DNA of 62,576 nucleotides, filler included, from Dugesia japonica (GCA_001938525.1; 5 parts of 5 records of this genome joined end to end with filler, not necessarily neighbours in it), one strand, 5' to 3'; shown: positions 25,401 through 38,330, counted from the first letter of the whole stretch. The notes: generated by a model from the letters alone, not told the origin. Program-made: numbers and translations.

Positions 25401-26300
25401 TTCACCTGAGAATTCATAATATTTATTTTTTAATAATTGAGGATAATCTGATTTTAAATAAATACCTAAAGATAAAGCTTTTTGTTTTTTAGTAAGAATG
25501 TTTGTATATGTTTCAAAATCACCAATTAGAATAAATGGTATTTTATTTTTCTGGTAATATTTATTAAAGAAATAATAATCATTATGTCCAAAAAGAATAT
25601 TATTTGGTTTGTGTCTAATACATGCATCTTGATGTTTATTTAAAACTGTTTCACATGAATAGCAATTCATACATCTTAAACACAAAAAATTTCTATTTCC
25701 ATTTTTAGCAAAGAATACACCTAGATCTCTACATAATACATAATGGTTTTTATATACTAATAAGTTATATTTATTATCTTCTTGATTTGGTTTTGTTGTG
25801 TGATGTGATTTATTCAATGGTTCAAGTGATTTATTATCATCTACACCAAATACATTAATTTGATAATTATTTACTTTCTCAAATTTACTTATATTATCAA
25901 TGTTCATTGGAAATTCAAAGTCACTATATTTTAAATCTGTTAAATGTAAAATGTAATTACTTACATATGTAGGATTATCAACTATATATTTGTGTGCTAA
26001 TATTGAATACAAGAAACATTTGTTATCATCTTTATTTTCTATATTTATTACACCTGGTTTTCTAAATGGTAATTTACAATACGTAGCACCAAACAATGAT
26101 TGGTATCTAGACAGATCTAATTTAAAATCCATAATATTTATCATTGACCATCCTGAACCTTCTTGATCTTTATCTTCAATATATTTTTCTAATTCATCAA
26201 ATATTTCATTGGTGCCATTTTCAATTTCAACATTTTGTTGCATTTAAATGTTCTTGTAAACTATTTTCTGAATTAAATTTTTTATGACATTTGTCACATT
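22445..26300 (-). pseudogene. Protein-primed family B DNA polymerase (pPolB) of Polinton 1, intein-containing, with premature stops/frameshifts
   Basis: EGSGW N-terminal motif, HNH-like KDHNHFNGEFRGWSCNYCN, exonuclease DFET/HNASGYD/FLDS, KAIFPYEY, motif A LDENSLY, motif B KLMLNEFYGK, motif C YSD[insert]TDS, C-terminal DDKR. Spread over ORFs 25020..26243, 24687..24986, 24358..24552, 23271..24488 and 22445..23269. Confidence 0.93.
22913..23498 (-). mobile_element. Mini-intein (~190-195 aa) in pPolB motif C (YSD|TDS)
   Basis: Block A SVTSDTPIILR follows YSD directly; EIWTKSNWVKLNK; block B GIVDVTQDHSLL (TxxH); block F VYDIETSDGTF; block G PLIIKN followed by +1 Thr of TDS. A 50-N gap lies between blocks A and B. 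Confidence 0.9.
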
Positions 26301-26479
26301 GAAATTCTAAATTTTCACTGTAACAAATTCTAAATCTAATATGACCTTTTAACCCAGCTACATTTTTAAACACCTTGTTTATTATCATATTTAAATATAT
26401 TGCTCATATTTGCTATGCTATTTTCTATAGGAACAATTTAATCCTCTTATTTATTTTTTATATTATTCCTCTTTAATGT

Positions 26480-26690
26480 TCCTCTTAAACATGTCACATT
26501 CAAAATATTACATTCAAAATATGTTGTGTTTAAACATGTTCCATTAAAATATTACATTAAAATATTTCATTTAAAATATTACATTAAAATATTACATTTA
26601 AAATACGTTGGATTTAAAATATTACATTAAAATATGTTGGATTTAAAATATTACATTAAAATATTACATTAAAAATATTTCATTAAAATA
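26480..26690. repeat. Degenerate tandem array of AAAATATTACATT-like units in the Polinton subterminal region
   Basis: AAAATATTACATT and close variants recur many times between the pPolB start and the candidate terminus. Confidence 0.75.
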
Positions 26691-26743
26691 TAAGGTACGA
26701 GTAGTATACCCACTAAGGTAAAAAAGTAGTTTCCTCAATTACT

Positions 26744-26820
26744 TATATTATATTATGTTATATTACATTATATTATATTATATTATATTATATTATATTA
26801 TATTATATTATATTATATTA
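26744..26820. repeat. (TATAT)n microsatellite
   Basis: Direct reading. Confidence 0.9.
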
Positions 26821-26920
26821 NNNNNNNNNNNNNNNNNNNNNNNNNNNNNNNNNNNNNNNNNNNNTTAATTAATTAANNNNNNNNNNNNNNNNNNNNNNNN
26901 NNNNNNNNNNNNNNNNNNNN
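26821..26920. other. Artificial contig spacer
   Basis: 44N-TTAATTAATTAA-44N. Confidence 0.9.
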
Positions 26921-27614
26921 AATATTTTAATCAATTTTGTACTAACTGATTATCGTCAAAATAGTTCTATTAATTATGCTTGTCTATAATTTAAAAATTT
27001 AAAATTTTATTTAAAATGTATCAAGTCTTTAACAGACTTCAGATTATCTAAAAAAAATTAAATCAAGTCTTTAACAGACTTCAAANNNNNNNNNNNNNNN
27101 NNNNNNNNNNNNNNNNNNNNNNNNNNNNNNNNNNNNNNNNNNNNNNNNNNNNNNNNNNNNNNNNNNNNNNNNNNNNNNNNNNNNNNNNNNNNNNNNNNNA
27201 ATTACTTTTCTTTTCTTTTCCAATAATTTAATTCCAACCAATTTCGCAATTAATTTTAAGGAAAATATTTAATGGAAATTCATAAACGTATTATTGATTT
27301 AAATCTAAAAATAAATTTTAATTGTGTAATTGATTGGATTTTTATGTTGGTATTTATAACAATCAATTACACGTATATTTATTAATTTATTAAATCATTT
27401 TTTTTCAAGTTTGATTTCTTTAATTGGTAATGACTTGTTTTTTTCTCAATACGATTATTAATATTTATTTATTATTTAATTTTCTATTTTAATTTAATAA
27501 ATCTAGTTATTAAATTATTTATTATGAACAACCTTTATCCATTAAAACAAAACTAAAATATTTTATTTCTCAACTATTCTAAAATAAACTAGGACTACCC
27601 CTAATCATCACATA

Positions 27615-27626
27615 TCTTCCCCCCTT
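27615..27626 (-). promoter_or_regulatory. Polypurine tract preceding the 3' LTR
   Basis: Minus strand TTTCGGGACGAAAATCTTTAAGGGGGGAAGATA-TGTGATG. Confidence 0.7.
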
Positions 27627-29167
27627 AAAGATTTTCGTCCCGAAAATTTATAACACTTTTAAAAACATAACAAGATAAGAAAATACATTATTTTTCCTTT
27701 ACCATCACCAATATTAACTCAAAGTTCGAATCAGACAACAAAAAGAATAAAAATGTCGAAGATATAAAATTCATTGGGATCACAAAAAAATAGTTTTAGT
27801 TCCTTGATAATCATCGAATATTGGATTTCTCGAACGGGTCGCAGCACTACATGCTAGTGTTCGAGATGTTTTGGAGAGCGGATAATAGCCTCGACGGAAT
27901 AGTACTCATTTGTAGATTGAGGTTTTTTTCCTTTGAGCTTCGCTTTGCAAAAGCTTCTTTCTCTTTTTTGGAATCTCGACTTCGTTAACAAATTCCTTAA
28001 CTAAGTTTTTTTCCCGTGATCAAATCTTTGGGTCACTACTAATGGTTTTCTTGACTGCTCGTGAACATAAACTAACAAGGATAAGACATAAGGCTGGCCA
28101 CTGACCTCCAGTCGGTTTTCATTAATGTTTGACATTAATAGGGCAAAATGTTCCGCTTCTTGCCCACAATAATATCTTACTGGCAATTTAAACTTAGCAT
28201 CTGGTTTCTGCCAAGTGTTCGAATCTTGTTTATTTGCATCTTTGAATGCCTCTTCCATAATCTGTTTAGGGGAATCCGTAATAGGATCAGAGCATTGTCT
28301 AGCTACATATTTGTATGAATGGACATAAGCATCTCCAGTTTTGGGGTCCTCAAATACTTCGGATGACAATACTGCTTTAGTTTTGCCGAGTATTTACATT
28401 TGATGCGGTTTGGGTTGTCCTCTATTGAATACAAAGGTCTTTTTTACCTCGTGTCCGGCATAATGTGAGCTTTTGTTTTTCCACTTGGTTGTCGTGGGAT
28501 TCCTCCAAGATGAACTAATATCATAATCGTCTAGGTCACAAAACCTAGCATAACGGAAAGTATCTTTGGGTACGTTTTTGTCTATTCCAGTTTTAAGCGA
28601 TTCTTTGATTTTGGGATATATTTTATCGATTATCGATTCCGTATCATTTTGTACTTCATTTTCTGGAACTTGAGAACTTTCTATCTCCTCTAAATTTCAT
28701 CAACTTCTTGTTCGTCTCCTAATTCGTCCTCGTATTCCATAATTATTGGTTCTTCAGGTATTTCCGTTTTTTGAAAAATTTTTTTTTATGGTAAAATTCT
28801 CAAACTCTTGCTTCTTTTTTACCTCTGATTGAGGTGCACCACTCCTTTGTTTTGGCTGAATATGGCTTATCCATTATTCTCAAAGGTCTAGATAAATCTT
28901 GCGAATACTATTCGTGTCTCTTTCACTCTTTAAGTCCGACACTCTCGCCGTGTCTTTTGGTAGTAGTTGATCTTGGAGGTATATCAGACTATAAACGCCA
29001 TGATTTTTTAGCAACATTTTTTCGAAACAAGGTGCTTTCCTAAATCTCGAATACCTAGTATTTGATTTACAGGAAATTCTACTGCATTTATAAAATCTTT
29101 TAGTTAATTCTTACGAGGATGCGGCCGTCTAAAACCTTCTTTATTTTTCTTTAAAATCTTCTCCATC

Positions 29168-29863
29168 CTAGTTTCCTCTGATTTGCGCTTCTTGCAATCT
29201 ATGTGCATGCGCTTGGTAATGTTTGATGCAACTACGGGGAGTATCAATCGAATTGATTACCAATTCACCGTCAAAATTAAGCACGGTGGCTGAGACTACT
29301 GCCGATTCCAATTTTTCCTTAAGTGCGACATAGTAAAACTCCACAAAACTTGTTACACGATCTTCCTGCTGGGGTGTAAGAGCCAATCGAACAAACGATT
29401 TTTGTGTTTTGATGTCATTAAAATTTGCATTATATGTCCATGTACCTTCATTTACAGCTAACTTGATGGTTGGTCTTTCAAAATATAGGACTCCAATAGC
29501 TATGATTGCTGTGCCTTTGATACATTGGAAACCTAGTTTCCTCTCCCTGCCATCTCCATTGATGATCTCCATGATGGAATGTTTTTTCAAGAATATAAGG
29601 ATTGCTATTCCTGAATATGCAACCGTGATTGATTTATTAATTGAATGAATCCACAGGTTAGATGTCCTTGGTTCATTTTTCATATCTCTTAATACATCTA
29701 TAATATTTGCCAGTTCTCGGCAACAGATTTTGGATACAAACATGGTCCTTTTTAGAGCATTGGGGAATTTGAATTTTTTTGGGATTTCCGTTGTCTCATA
29801 ACGAGGATAATAATTGTAGTACTTGACTTCTGTGAAGAAGTTATCTTCGATTTGTCGGTACAC
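29168..29863 (-). CDS. Uncharacterised accessory ORF inside the Gypsy element
   Basis: 231-aa open frame, co-oriented with pol, between the env-like gene and the PPT. No family recognised. Confidence 0.5.
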   Translation of the reverse strand: MYRQIEDNFFTEVKYYNYYPRYETTEIPKKFKFPNALKRTMFVSKICCRELANIIDVLRDMKNEPRTSNLWIHSINKSITVAYSGIAILIFLKKHSIMEIINGDGRERKLGFQCIKGTAIIAIGVLYFERPTIKLAVNEGTWTYNANFNDIKTQKSFVRLALTPQQEDRVTSFVEFYYVALKEKLESAVVSATVLNFDGELVINSIDTPRSCIKHYQAHAHRLQEAQIRGN

Positions 29864-30129
29864 AAATTTGTCCTTGCAGACGATATGAGCGTAAGGATCT
29901 GATCTAGATGATTTGGCTTAATTGTATTGAAAGAATAGGTTGTCTGTCAAATCTAAACTAAAAACAATTAATTTATATCACTTAACGTGATAGGCCAATA
30001 CTGGCAAGTCCTATACTGCATACATCTATTATTTAGATATCTTATGCGTTTTAACCTTATTATAAATAAAAATGTGATAAATATAAATATAATAATTTTA
30101 AGCTTGATTTTAGTTCGGGGGTGGCTTAT

Positions 30130-31088
30130 TCATGCCTCTATCTCATATGGATTCTCTGGGATAAAGCTAAACAGTAATTTTTTAAACTTATACTGTGCTC
30201 ATAGCCACACCACAATGACACACATGAAGCCAATTGCTGCTACCAGCAATGTTATTATCATCTAGATATGCTTTTGCATTTTGTCCGTTACTTTGTCATT
30301 CAAAAGAGTCGTTGTAGAGCAATTACACCGCGCTAGCCCCAGTTTTAGTGCTGCCTTCTCTACGCTAGCATTTGTTTGACATGATTTAATTTGATTCCAT
30401 AAATTTGCGCTCAATTTCCTTTAAACGGGTTTCTGACTAGATGAAGTTATTGAGCTAATCATAGCTTTGCTTGCCGTTGATAATTGGATAAGTGATTTTG
30501 GATCTAATTTCATTTCTTCAGAAAGTACTATATAAGTGGCTGTCAATCCTTCTAATTGTCGATAATACAAAATATTTGTAGCAGAAATTGATTTGTTACA
30601 CCATATCCCAACATTGGCTTTGTGATGTAAATGAATTGAATGCTTTCACAGTGGAATGTTATCTCTGTTTCTTCCTAATATGAATGTATGTTAGTAAATA
30701 TTGTACATGCTTGCTGAAAAGAAACTTGCATCCTGTTTATTGGTAGGATCGTAAAATACCATTCTATATTCTGCACTGTTTCCCAGTATTTATATGTAAA
30801 TCTTTGGTAACAGCAATGCACAAAATAACTGTGATTACCCTTTAATTTCGTGATATTGACCTCTTTGTTCCACTGTTCAATCGTATAACTTATGATTAAT
30901 CCTTCAGACATAAATGCTATGTTATATCGGAATGTTGATTCGACCGTTGTCTGAATAGAGAACATGTGATACCATCTACGTAGTATTAGTTTTTCCATAT
31001 CTACTATCTAAAGTTAGAATTTGAATTGAGCGTTAGCTGTATGACAACAGCTTATTATTGCTAAAATCATTAATGTCTGCGAATACAT
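30130..31088 (-). pseudogene. env-like type I membrane protein of the Gypsy element
   Basis: Signal-like MYSQTLMILAIISCCHTANA in frame with ORF 30675..30998, several Cys, and C-terminal TM MIITLLVAAIGFMCVIVVWL. Multiple stops. Confidence 0.55.
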
Positions 31089-31099
31089 TTTTGATCTGA

Positions 31100-34000
31100 T
31101 TGGGTATCTACAACTAGATCCTTTAATATTCGATGATTTGTTAGGGTTTTTATCTTCTCTTTATTCTTCGTTTCTTTGTTTTTTTCTTGGTCGATATCTG
31201 CATAATGTCTTTTGAATCTATTTACATGTTACCAGTATAAGATCTGTTTTTCTGTTAGCACACAATTGCAAGACTAAATTAGTTTCTGTCGTTTAAAGTA
31301 CCTTATAAGGTCCTTTATAATTTCGTATCAACTTTGGTGATAAACCTTTGGTATTATTATGCCCTTCGAGCATTACTAAATCTTGCACTTTAAACTCGTG
31401 TGGTTTAGTCCTTTTATCATATGCCTCTTTCATTCCTTCTTGTGAATATTTANTATTTAAGTTAGCTTTTGGCCAAGCTATCTGCATTCTATCTCTTAGT
31501 TCTAGCAGATAATTACTCTCATCAAGACACTGCAATAATGGTGTTTGAAATACGAGATGCATGTTACCATTCCTCAGATACATCAAATAAAACGGTGAAT
31601 AACCTGTACTTGAATGTACTACGTTACGATACGCAAATAAGCATGTGGATATGTGAATATCCCAATCAGTTTGCTCAGAATTGACATATCATGATAGCAT
31701 TTGAGCTAATGTTTCATTAAATCTTTCGACTAATCCATCCGTTTGAGGATGATATGGAGATTTATTCAATTTTAATATTCCAAAATACTCATTTATTCAT
31801 TTTAATAAATTACTCATGAAATCTTTTCCTCTGTCGGTTAACAACTTCTTTGGCACTCCCTGTCGGAACACTATCTGTTCCACAAAGATTCTATCCATTG
31901 TATCCGCTTTATGATCCTGCAATGTGAAAGCTTCAAACAATTTTGTGAGATAATCACAGGCTACTAGTATAAACTTATTTAAATCATTTGTAGGTTTAAA
32001 TGATCCCAACACATCCATCGCTAAGATTTCCATTGGTGACGTTGGAACAGGCATCGGTGCCAATGGTACCCTTGTTTTGGCCCCTGTTCTTCGTCTTGTA
32101 GCACAAACTTTACATGTTTGACACCATTGCTTTACATCTTGACGAATTTCCGGCCAGAAATATTTCTGTCGTAATCTAGAAATAGTTTTCTTGGCTGAGA
32201 GATTTCCTCCTAATTGCCCATCGTGATATTGTAGCATCAAAGCACCTCTAAGAGTTTTTGGCACCATTACGACAATATCAGTTGCTTCCTGGTATTTAAT
32301 TAATCCATCTTCTAATAAGAATTTTCCTTGGTTCTTCGACTTAAATTTCTCAAATTCGACTGGTACTATTCCAGTTTCTAAAACCTGTTTTATTTGATTA
32401 ATTTTCTCTTCTTCAAGTTGAGCTTTGATCACCTCGGTTTGGTTGTTTGCCATTTTAAGAACTGTAAAGATTGTCCCTACTAATCATCCTTCTTTAAGGA
32501 CTTCAGGTTCGTCATTTTGCTTCATTCGCGATAATGCATCTGCATTAGAGTTCTCTTTTCCTTTTCTGTAAATGATGTTTATAATTTCAATGCCCATCTA
32601 ATTAGGCTAGATGAATCGTTTTTATGCTTCATCAAACATTGTAATGGCTTATGATCGGTAAAGATTACTATCTTTCTACCCCAAAGATAATGTCGAAATT
32701 TATCAATCGCGAATATTACTGCTTGAGTCTCTTACTCTATCACAATATAATTTTTCTCGTAAAGCTTCAGCCCTCTACTTGCATAAGCTATAGCACATTC
32801 AATGTAGTTTTCATCGAGTTGAACTAACACTGCCCCGACTTCTTTGCTACTGCCATCGGTCATGACCATGAATTGTTTTTATAAATTTGGATATTTAAGT
32901 ATTGGTGCTGATATTAATAAATTCTTGAGCGTCTCAAACGCTTTTTCCTGTTTAGTTCCCCATACAAATTTAATTTAGTTTTCCAACTGTGTTAAGGGGA
33001 ATGCAAGTGCTAAAAATTGTCTCATAAATTTTCTATAATATCCAGCTAATCCCAGGAACTCTTTTATTTGCTTGGGATTCTTTGGTTGAGGAAATTTTTG
33101 AACTTTTATTATATTTGCTAGATCGGGTTTTATCCCTTTCCGAGATATTACATGACCCACATAAGTGACTTCCTCCTCAGCCCATTTAAATTTTGTAGGC
33201 TTTAATTTAATATTTGCTTTTTCTAAACACCTCTTCCAAATTTCCTAGATGTTCATTGAACGTTTCTGAGAAAACTAATATGTCATCGATGTCCACCATT
33301 GCGAATGGCACATCTTCTAGAATTTTATTCATAGTTCTTTGAAATGTCGCCGGAGCTTCTTTGAGTCAAAACGGTGTCACATTATACTCGTAATGACCCA
33401 AATTTGTTGAAAAAACGGTCATTTGTTTGGTTTTTTCAGTGCATCCGATTTGATAAAAGCCCTTTTGTGCATCTCCTACGAAGTAATATAATGCCTTTCT
33501 TAATTTATTGAATATCCATTCTAATAATTGTAATGGAAGTACTGTCCTTGACTGTTAATTTGTTTAATTTACGATAATCATTGCATAATCTTATCGTGCC
33601 ATCCTTTTTTGCCACAACTGTTAGTGGAGACTGGAATGGTGATTTACTGTGACTAATAATTTTGTATTTTAACATCAACTTTACTTGTTTTTCCATATTT
33701 GCTTCCAACTTCTCCAGTATTGGATACGGTATCAACTTGATCGTTTTATTTGTAGTGAGCAAGATTTCATGCTCCAAGATATTTGTAATTCCCAGGTCAT
33801 ACTCGTGTTTAGCAAAATTATGATCGAATTTTCGTAAAATCATATTCATGAGGATATTTTCTTTCCTGGATAAAATTTTACTATCACAACATGGTGCGTC
33901 ATAATATTCAATATCTGTATCTCGTTGTTCTGTGACAGATAATGTTGAAGATTTCTCGGTTATCTCCTCATCTGGTAAAAATATAACTCCCATATTTGTA

Positions 34001-34710
34001 TCTGGAAATAACGTAATTGGTCTGATATCTAGATTTCTAATTTTTATCGAAAATCTACGCTCTCTAACCTGGCTGATGCTACAGGTTCTGGGTATACAAT
34101 ATCTATCCATCAACAATGGATTTGATTCAAATAGTACTTCTTCTTCCTGCTTGGGAGTAGTATTTATAGTACATACTGTTTCTACCATAGGATGTATCGT
34201 GATCTGTCTATCGATATAAGCTAAGTGTTCGTTGTATTCCTTTATACGATTTCTGGTTAATTTTACCAATTGTCCTGTAGCACAATCAAAGACTATATCT
34301 TTAAGCTTTCTATATGCATTCTACTGGACATCTCCTTATAACTTTTATTTCATGTTTTATATCCTGATCACATAATTTTATATTACAATCTAGATATCCT
34401 ATTATATCTAATTTTCCTCCGTTTGCTGCAGTAATGTCTGATTGTTCTTTAAACACATTTTCAGTTTCTGCTTTATTTAGTAGATTGGCTTCTACTATCG
34501 TCCTGTTTGATCATGAATCTATCATAGCGTATACCACATGTCTATTAATTCTAATTTTAATCGTTGGCTTGTGAGCATAATCTGCATTTATCATGAGAGT
34601 TGACATAAATGTTGAAATTCCTAACATGTTTTCTTTTTGTATCTCAATATTTGGTTGTGTTTGATTATTCATGCCATTTCTTTCTTGTAGTTGATAGTTC
34701 TGATTCATCG
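31100..34710 (-). pseudogene. Gypsy pol (protease, RT, RNase H, integrase), disrupted
   Basis: AMIDS (protease), SPFQSPLTVVAKKDGTIRLCNDYRKLN and VDIDDILVFS (RT), FLGLAGYYRKF, integrase YHDGQLGG...CKVC, LAMDVLG, LLTDRGKDF, YKGPYKV. Confidence 0.9.
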
Positions 34711-35179
34711 AATCTCGTCTAACATGCTCTGTATTTAGATTTGGGAGATTTCTTGTTTTAGTTCGATATTGTTCCCAATTTCAAAATCCTTTTGCCAAAT
34801 CGTCTTGAGTATAATCCATTGGCAATTGTTGACCAGTTCGTCTTTCAAATATAGTGCTTAATAAACTTCGTGTTCCTGTTTTAACGTTACCATATTCTAG
34901 GATTTTCTCCATATCCAGTTATCTATGTGTTCTCTTAATTCATCTAATTGCCACGTTGGATATCTTAGTGGCGGTAAGTTAGAACTTTCCGTCGGAGCGC
35001 TTGCTTTCAATAATGGGTTGGATATAGTACTGATTGGTGAGCTATATGGTCCGCGACCTATATATCTCATTTGTCCATCCCAGTTGGTATACCCTCTCGT
35101 CTCCTTTGTTTATTAATAAAAATTCCCACTTTGATTGTCTAAGCTTTATTCCAAGCTCTTGGGAATCCATCTTCATCTA

Positions 35180-36219
35180 TACGAGAATACTGAACATAAT
35201 CGAAAAGAAAAAAGATGATCAGTTAAACATTTCTGAGGAAACATATTTAATCAAGAAAATGAAAATTCTGGATGACCAACTACAGGAAACAATAAAAAAA
35301 TACATAAATTTTTATGTCATGCAGGAATTGAAAAGGTGTAGGAATAAATGAGAAACAAATATATTGCAAAGAATTTGTGGAGCCAAATACAGAAAATGGT
35401 TCGTAGTTGTGAAATTTGTCAGAAGACCAAAGTAGTGACAACACCAACTAAAGAGAAGATAAAGAGATTAGAAGCTACCAATTTATTTGAAGTCATATTC
35501 ACAGATATATGTGGGCCAATGCGGGAAACAAGTGGACGAAAAAAATACATTCTTGGAATAATGGACCAGTACAGTAAATATCTAGTTATTATACCATTGC
35601 CTAGACAAGACGAGGAAACAATACGAAATTTTATTTTNNNNNNNNNNNNNNNNNNNNNNNNNNNNNNNNNNNNNNNNNNNNNNNNNNNNNNNNNNNNNNN
35701 NNNNNNNNNNNNNNNNNNNNNNNNNNNNNNATTAAACTTTGCTTTTCGAGTCATTATCATCATAATACAAACGGACAAATTGAGAGACAGTTCAGGACAA
35801 TGCGAGATTTGATTAATGCAACACTTCAAGAAAGAAAGACAACAGATTGGGCAGATCTTTTACCAGAAATAGAATTTACAATGAACGCAACAAAGCAGAA
35901 GACGACTGGAAAGAGTCCGGCTGAGATCTTATTTGAAAAGAAAATTAGCAGAGAAAAGTAGTACGAGTCAGACGTTTCAGATAGAACTAAAGTAAACATT
36001 TCAGACTTGATTACTAAAAGATAATTCAAAGTGGGCGATGTTGTACTCATTAAGGTAGAAACAGGAAATAAAAGTCAAAACAGATTTGAAGGACTTTATC
36101 GAATAATTGAGAAAATTCATGAAAGGCGGTATGCGGTACAAGGAGACAATGAACAACGTTTAGAAAGAAATGTGGAAAAACTTAGGAAGTTTCTTAAGAA
36201 GGGGGATATCAGGAAATAA
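35180..36219 (+). mobile_element. Second Gypsy integrase fragment ending in a PPT
   Basis: SCEICQK, FTDICGPM, GIMDQYSKY, FEGLYRI (GPY/F-like), ending LKKGD at AAGAAGGGGGA. Confidence 0.8.
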
Positions 36220-36387
36220 TTATTAATTAATAATCTCACCTAATAGGAATTGAGATATCTAAATAATAATATTTAAATACTTGTATTTCATAATTATTTA
36301 TCTTATGAAATATAGTTTGTAGTAGTAAAATAAAAAATGTCTAACAATATGAATTTTGATTTGCAAAATGAATTAACAATTGAAGCT

Positions 36388-38330
36388 TATAAGTTTATAT
36401 CAGTATCATCGTCAAAATTGTCATCGTCGTCACTATCGCTATTGATATGCCTTTCACTTGAATTAGCACGCACAACTGTATGTCTCACAGTTTCGTATTT
36501 CACTCTTAACTTTTTAATTTCATCGTTATGATGCTTAAACTATAGAAATTTTGCAAAAGATAGAAACAACCCAATGATTAGTCTCTATGTACATCCAACT
36601 TTTTAAAATATACTATATATGGATAACAATTGAGTGAACGCCACTTTTACGATTACACAAATTGCATAAATTCCTTCTAATCCAGAGGCAAATACTCAAA
36701 ATTTACTGAAATTTCCTCAGATATTTCATGCTACATTTCTAGCAGCTTCCTTGTAATGTTCTGTTCCAACAACAAGTTATAATTTGGTTGTATCTCATTT
36801 TTATGATATACTATTCGAATTATTTCCGATATTCCTCGTTCCCTTGTTAGTGGAAAAAATATCATTTTCCTTGCTTGTTCTATATCTTCGGGAGTGTAGA
36901 TTCCCATTTTTGCTAAATCATTAAGAGATTTGAATTCCATGCTATCAGTCAAATTAGAAAAATCTAATGTTTGTACTGGTTTAGATAGCGGTTTACTATC
37001 AGGTAATGAAATCCAATGGTCATTTACCTTATATAATGGTGACATGGCCGGATTACATACTGCTTCCTGAGGTTTCGCATTTTCTCTTAATAAGATATGA
37101 GTTATTTGACTTATAAATCTTAATTTGTTCTCATAGATTACCGGCAATTCTACTGTGCATTGATTAAAATTGTTAAGTGACATCTCTATTTGTGCACATT
37201 GATAACTGTAAATGGCTTTGCTCATTATTTGTTCGAAAACGCCTTTTTTCAATAGCATTGAAGTAACCAAATCTGGATTTACTACTGAAACTGCCAATCT
37301 ATTTTTTANTATTTCCTCGCTTAATTTGCAGTCATTCGTAATTATCTCTTTGTATATTTCGTTCAACTGTAATTGCAAATTATGATATATACAATCGAAA
37401 ATATCTATGTTCCTGAAGAAGACTTTTGTCGAAAATTTGAACTTTTTTACAAATAAATTTTATTTTGATCGAAGCTTTTTCTTATTTTAATGAAATATAC
37501 TATCGACTTTATAATTGATATAGTTTGTCATTTTTATATCCTNAGCATTTATCTGCTTTGGGGTTGGAACACTAGTTTTTGCTAAGTAAAACCCTTTATA
37601 GTTAGTTCAATATACTCTGTGAGCACACTTTAATTTCGACTACTTTCTAACATTCCTTATTGCATCGTTAGGGTCGATATTTTCCTCCTCTACTTTATTT
37701 TTTTCAACCTGCTTCAAGGTGTTTTGAACTTGTTGTTTAGTTATTGTCTTTACTTTGTGGTTATTAAACAATTTAGGTTTACAACATCGAATGCTCCCTC
37801 GTATTCAAGTTATTCTACAGAGTAGTCTTCAATGTCTACTACCCAATTGACAGTAGTACACTGTCTTACTTTTGTGTGTCCGACACAATCTTTGTCTGCG
37901 TCAATAGGACCACCGACTGTTATGGCTTCTGCCAGCGTTTTCCCGATTTCTGCTTTTAATGAAATTTGATTATTTATTTTTAACTTGCCCGTTCTAAAGG
38001 CATCTTNNNNNNNNNNNNNNNNNNNNNNNNNNNNNNNNNNTATGAGTTTCGCAGACAACACCGTTGCACGACTATGAACTCCATAATAATATTCAAATAC
38101 TGCCTTCTGTACTCGACACTCTCTTACTTTCGTACGATAATACTCGGTTTCTTGATAAATATAATATTTAGCTAGTTGTAAAACCTGCAATCTAGTAGGA
38201 TAAGCTTCTCTACATTCCATTGCATCTACTAGCGAATAAATTGCTGCTGTGCTCGGATTCCTGCAATCGTAGGCAATCAGCCCTTTTATTTGCCTTAATA
38301 TTCTCAACATCATTAACATAATTAATATTA
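36388..38330 (-). pseudogene. Chuvirus-type / herpes gB-related (class III) envelope glycoprotein, disrupted
   Basis: Signal-like N-terminus then LIAYDC...YSLVDAMEC; CKLSEEIxKNRLAV, YSYQC, QCTVELPVIY, AVCNPAMSPLYKVNDHW, LAKMGIYTPEDI...IFFP; C-terminal hydrophobic segments. Confidence 0.75.

Larger units (their letters stand above)
14427..26743. mobile_element. Polinton/Maverick (adintovirus-like) element, left-truncated by contig end, partly pseudogenised
   Basis: Co-located retroviral-type integrase, packaging ATPase, adenain-like protease, penton and protein-primed PolB. Candidate terminus ...CAATTACT (AGT- on the minus strand) at 26743 next to a (TATAT)n tract. Confidence 0.92.
26921..35170 (-). 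mobile_element. Degenerate Ty3/Gypsy LTR retrotransposon with a long accessory region between pol and the 3' LTR
   Basis: PR-RT-RH-IN order on the minus strand. PPT AAGGGGGGAAGA (27615-27626) is followed by a TGTGA... LTR start at 27612. Left LTR boundary and 5' end not resolved. Confidence 0.8.

Noticed and set aside
26480-26690. CRISPR-like array
   Set aside because: Short degenerate AT-rich tandem units without unique spacers, no cas genes, eukaryotic context.
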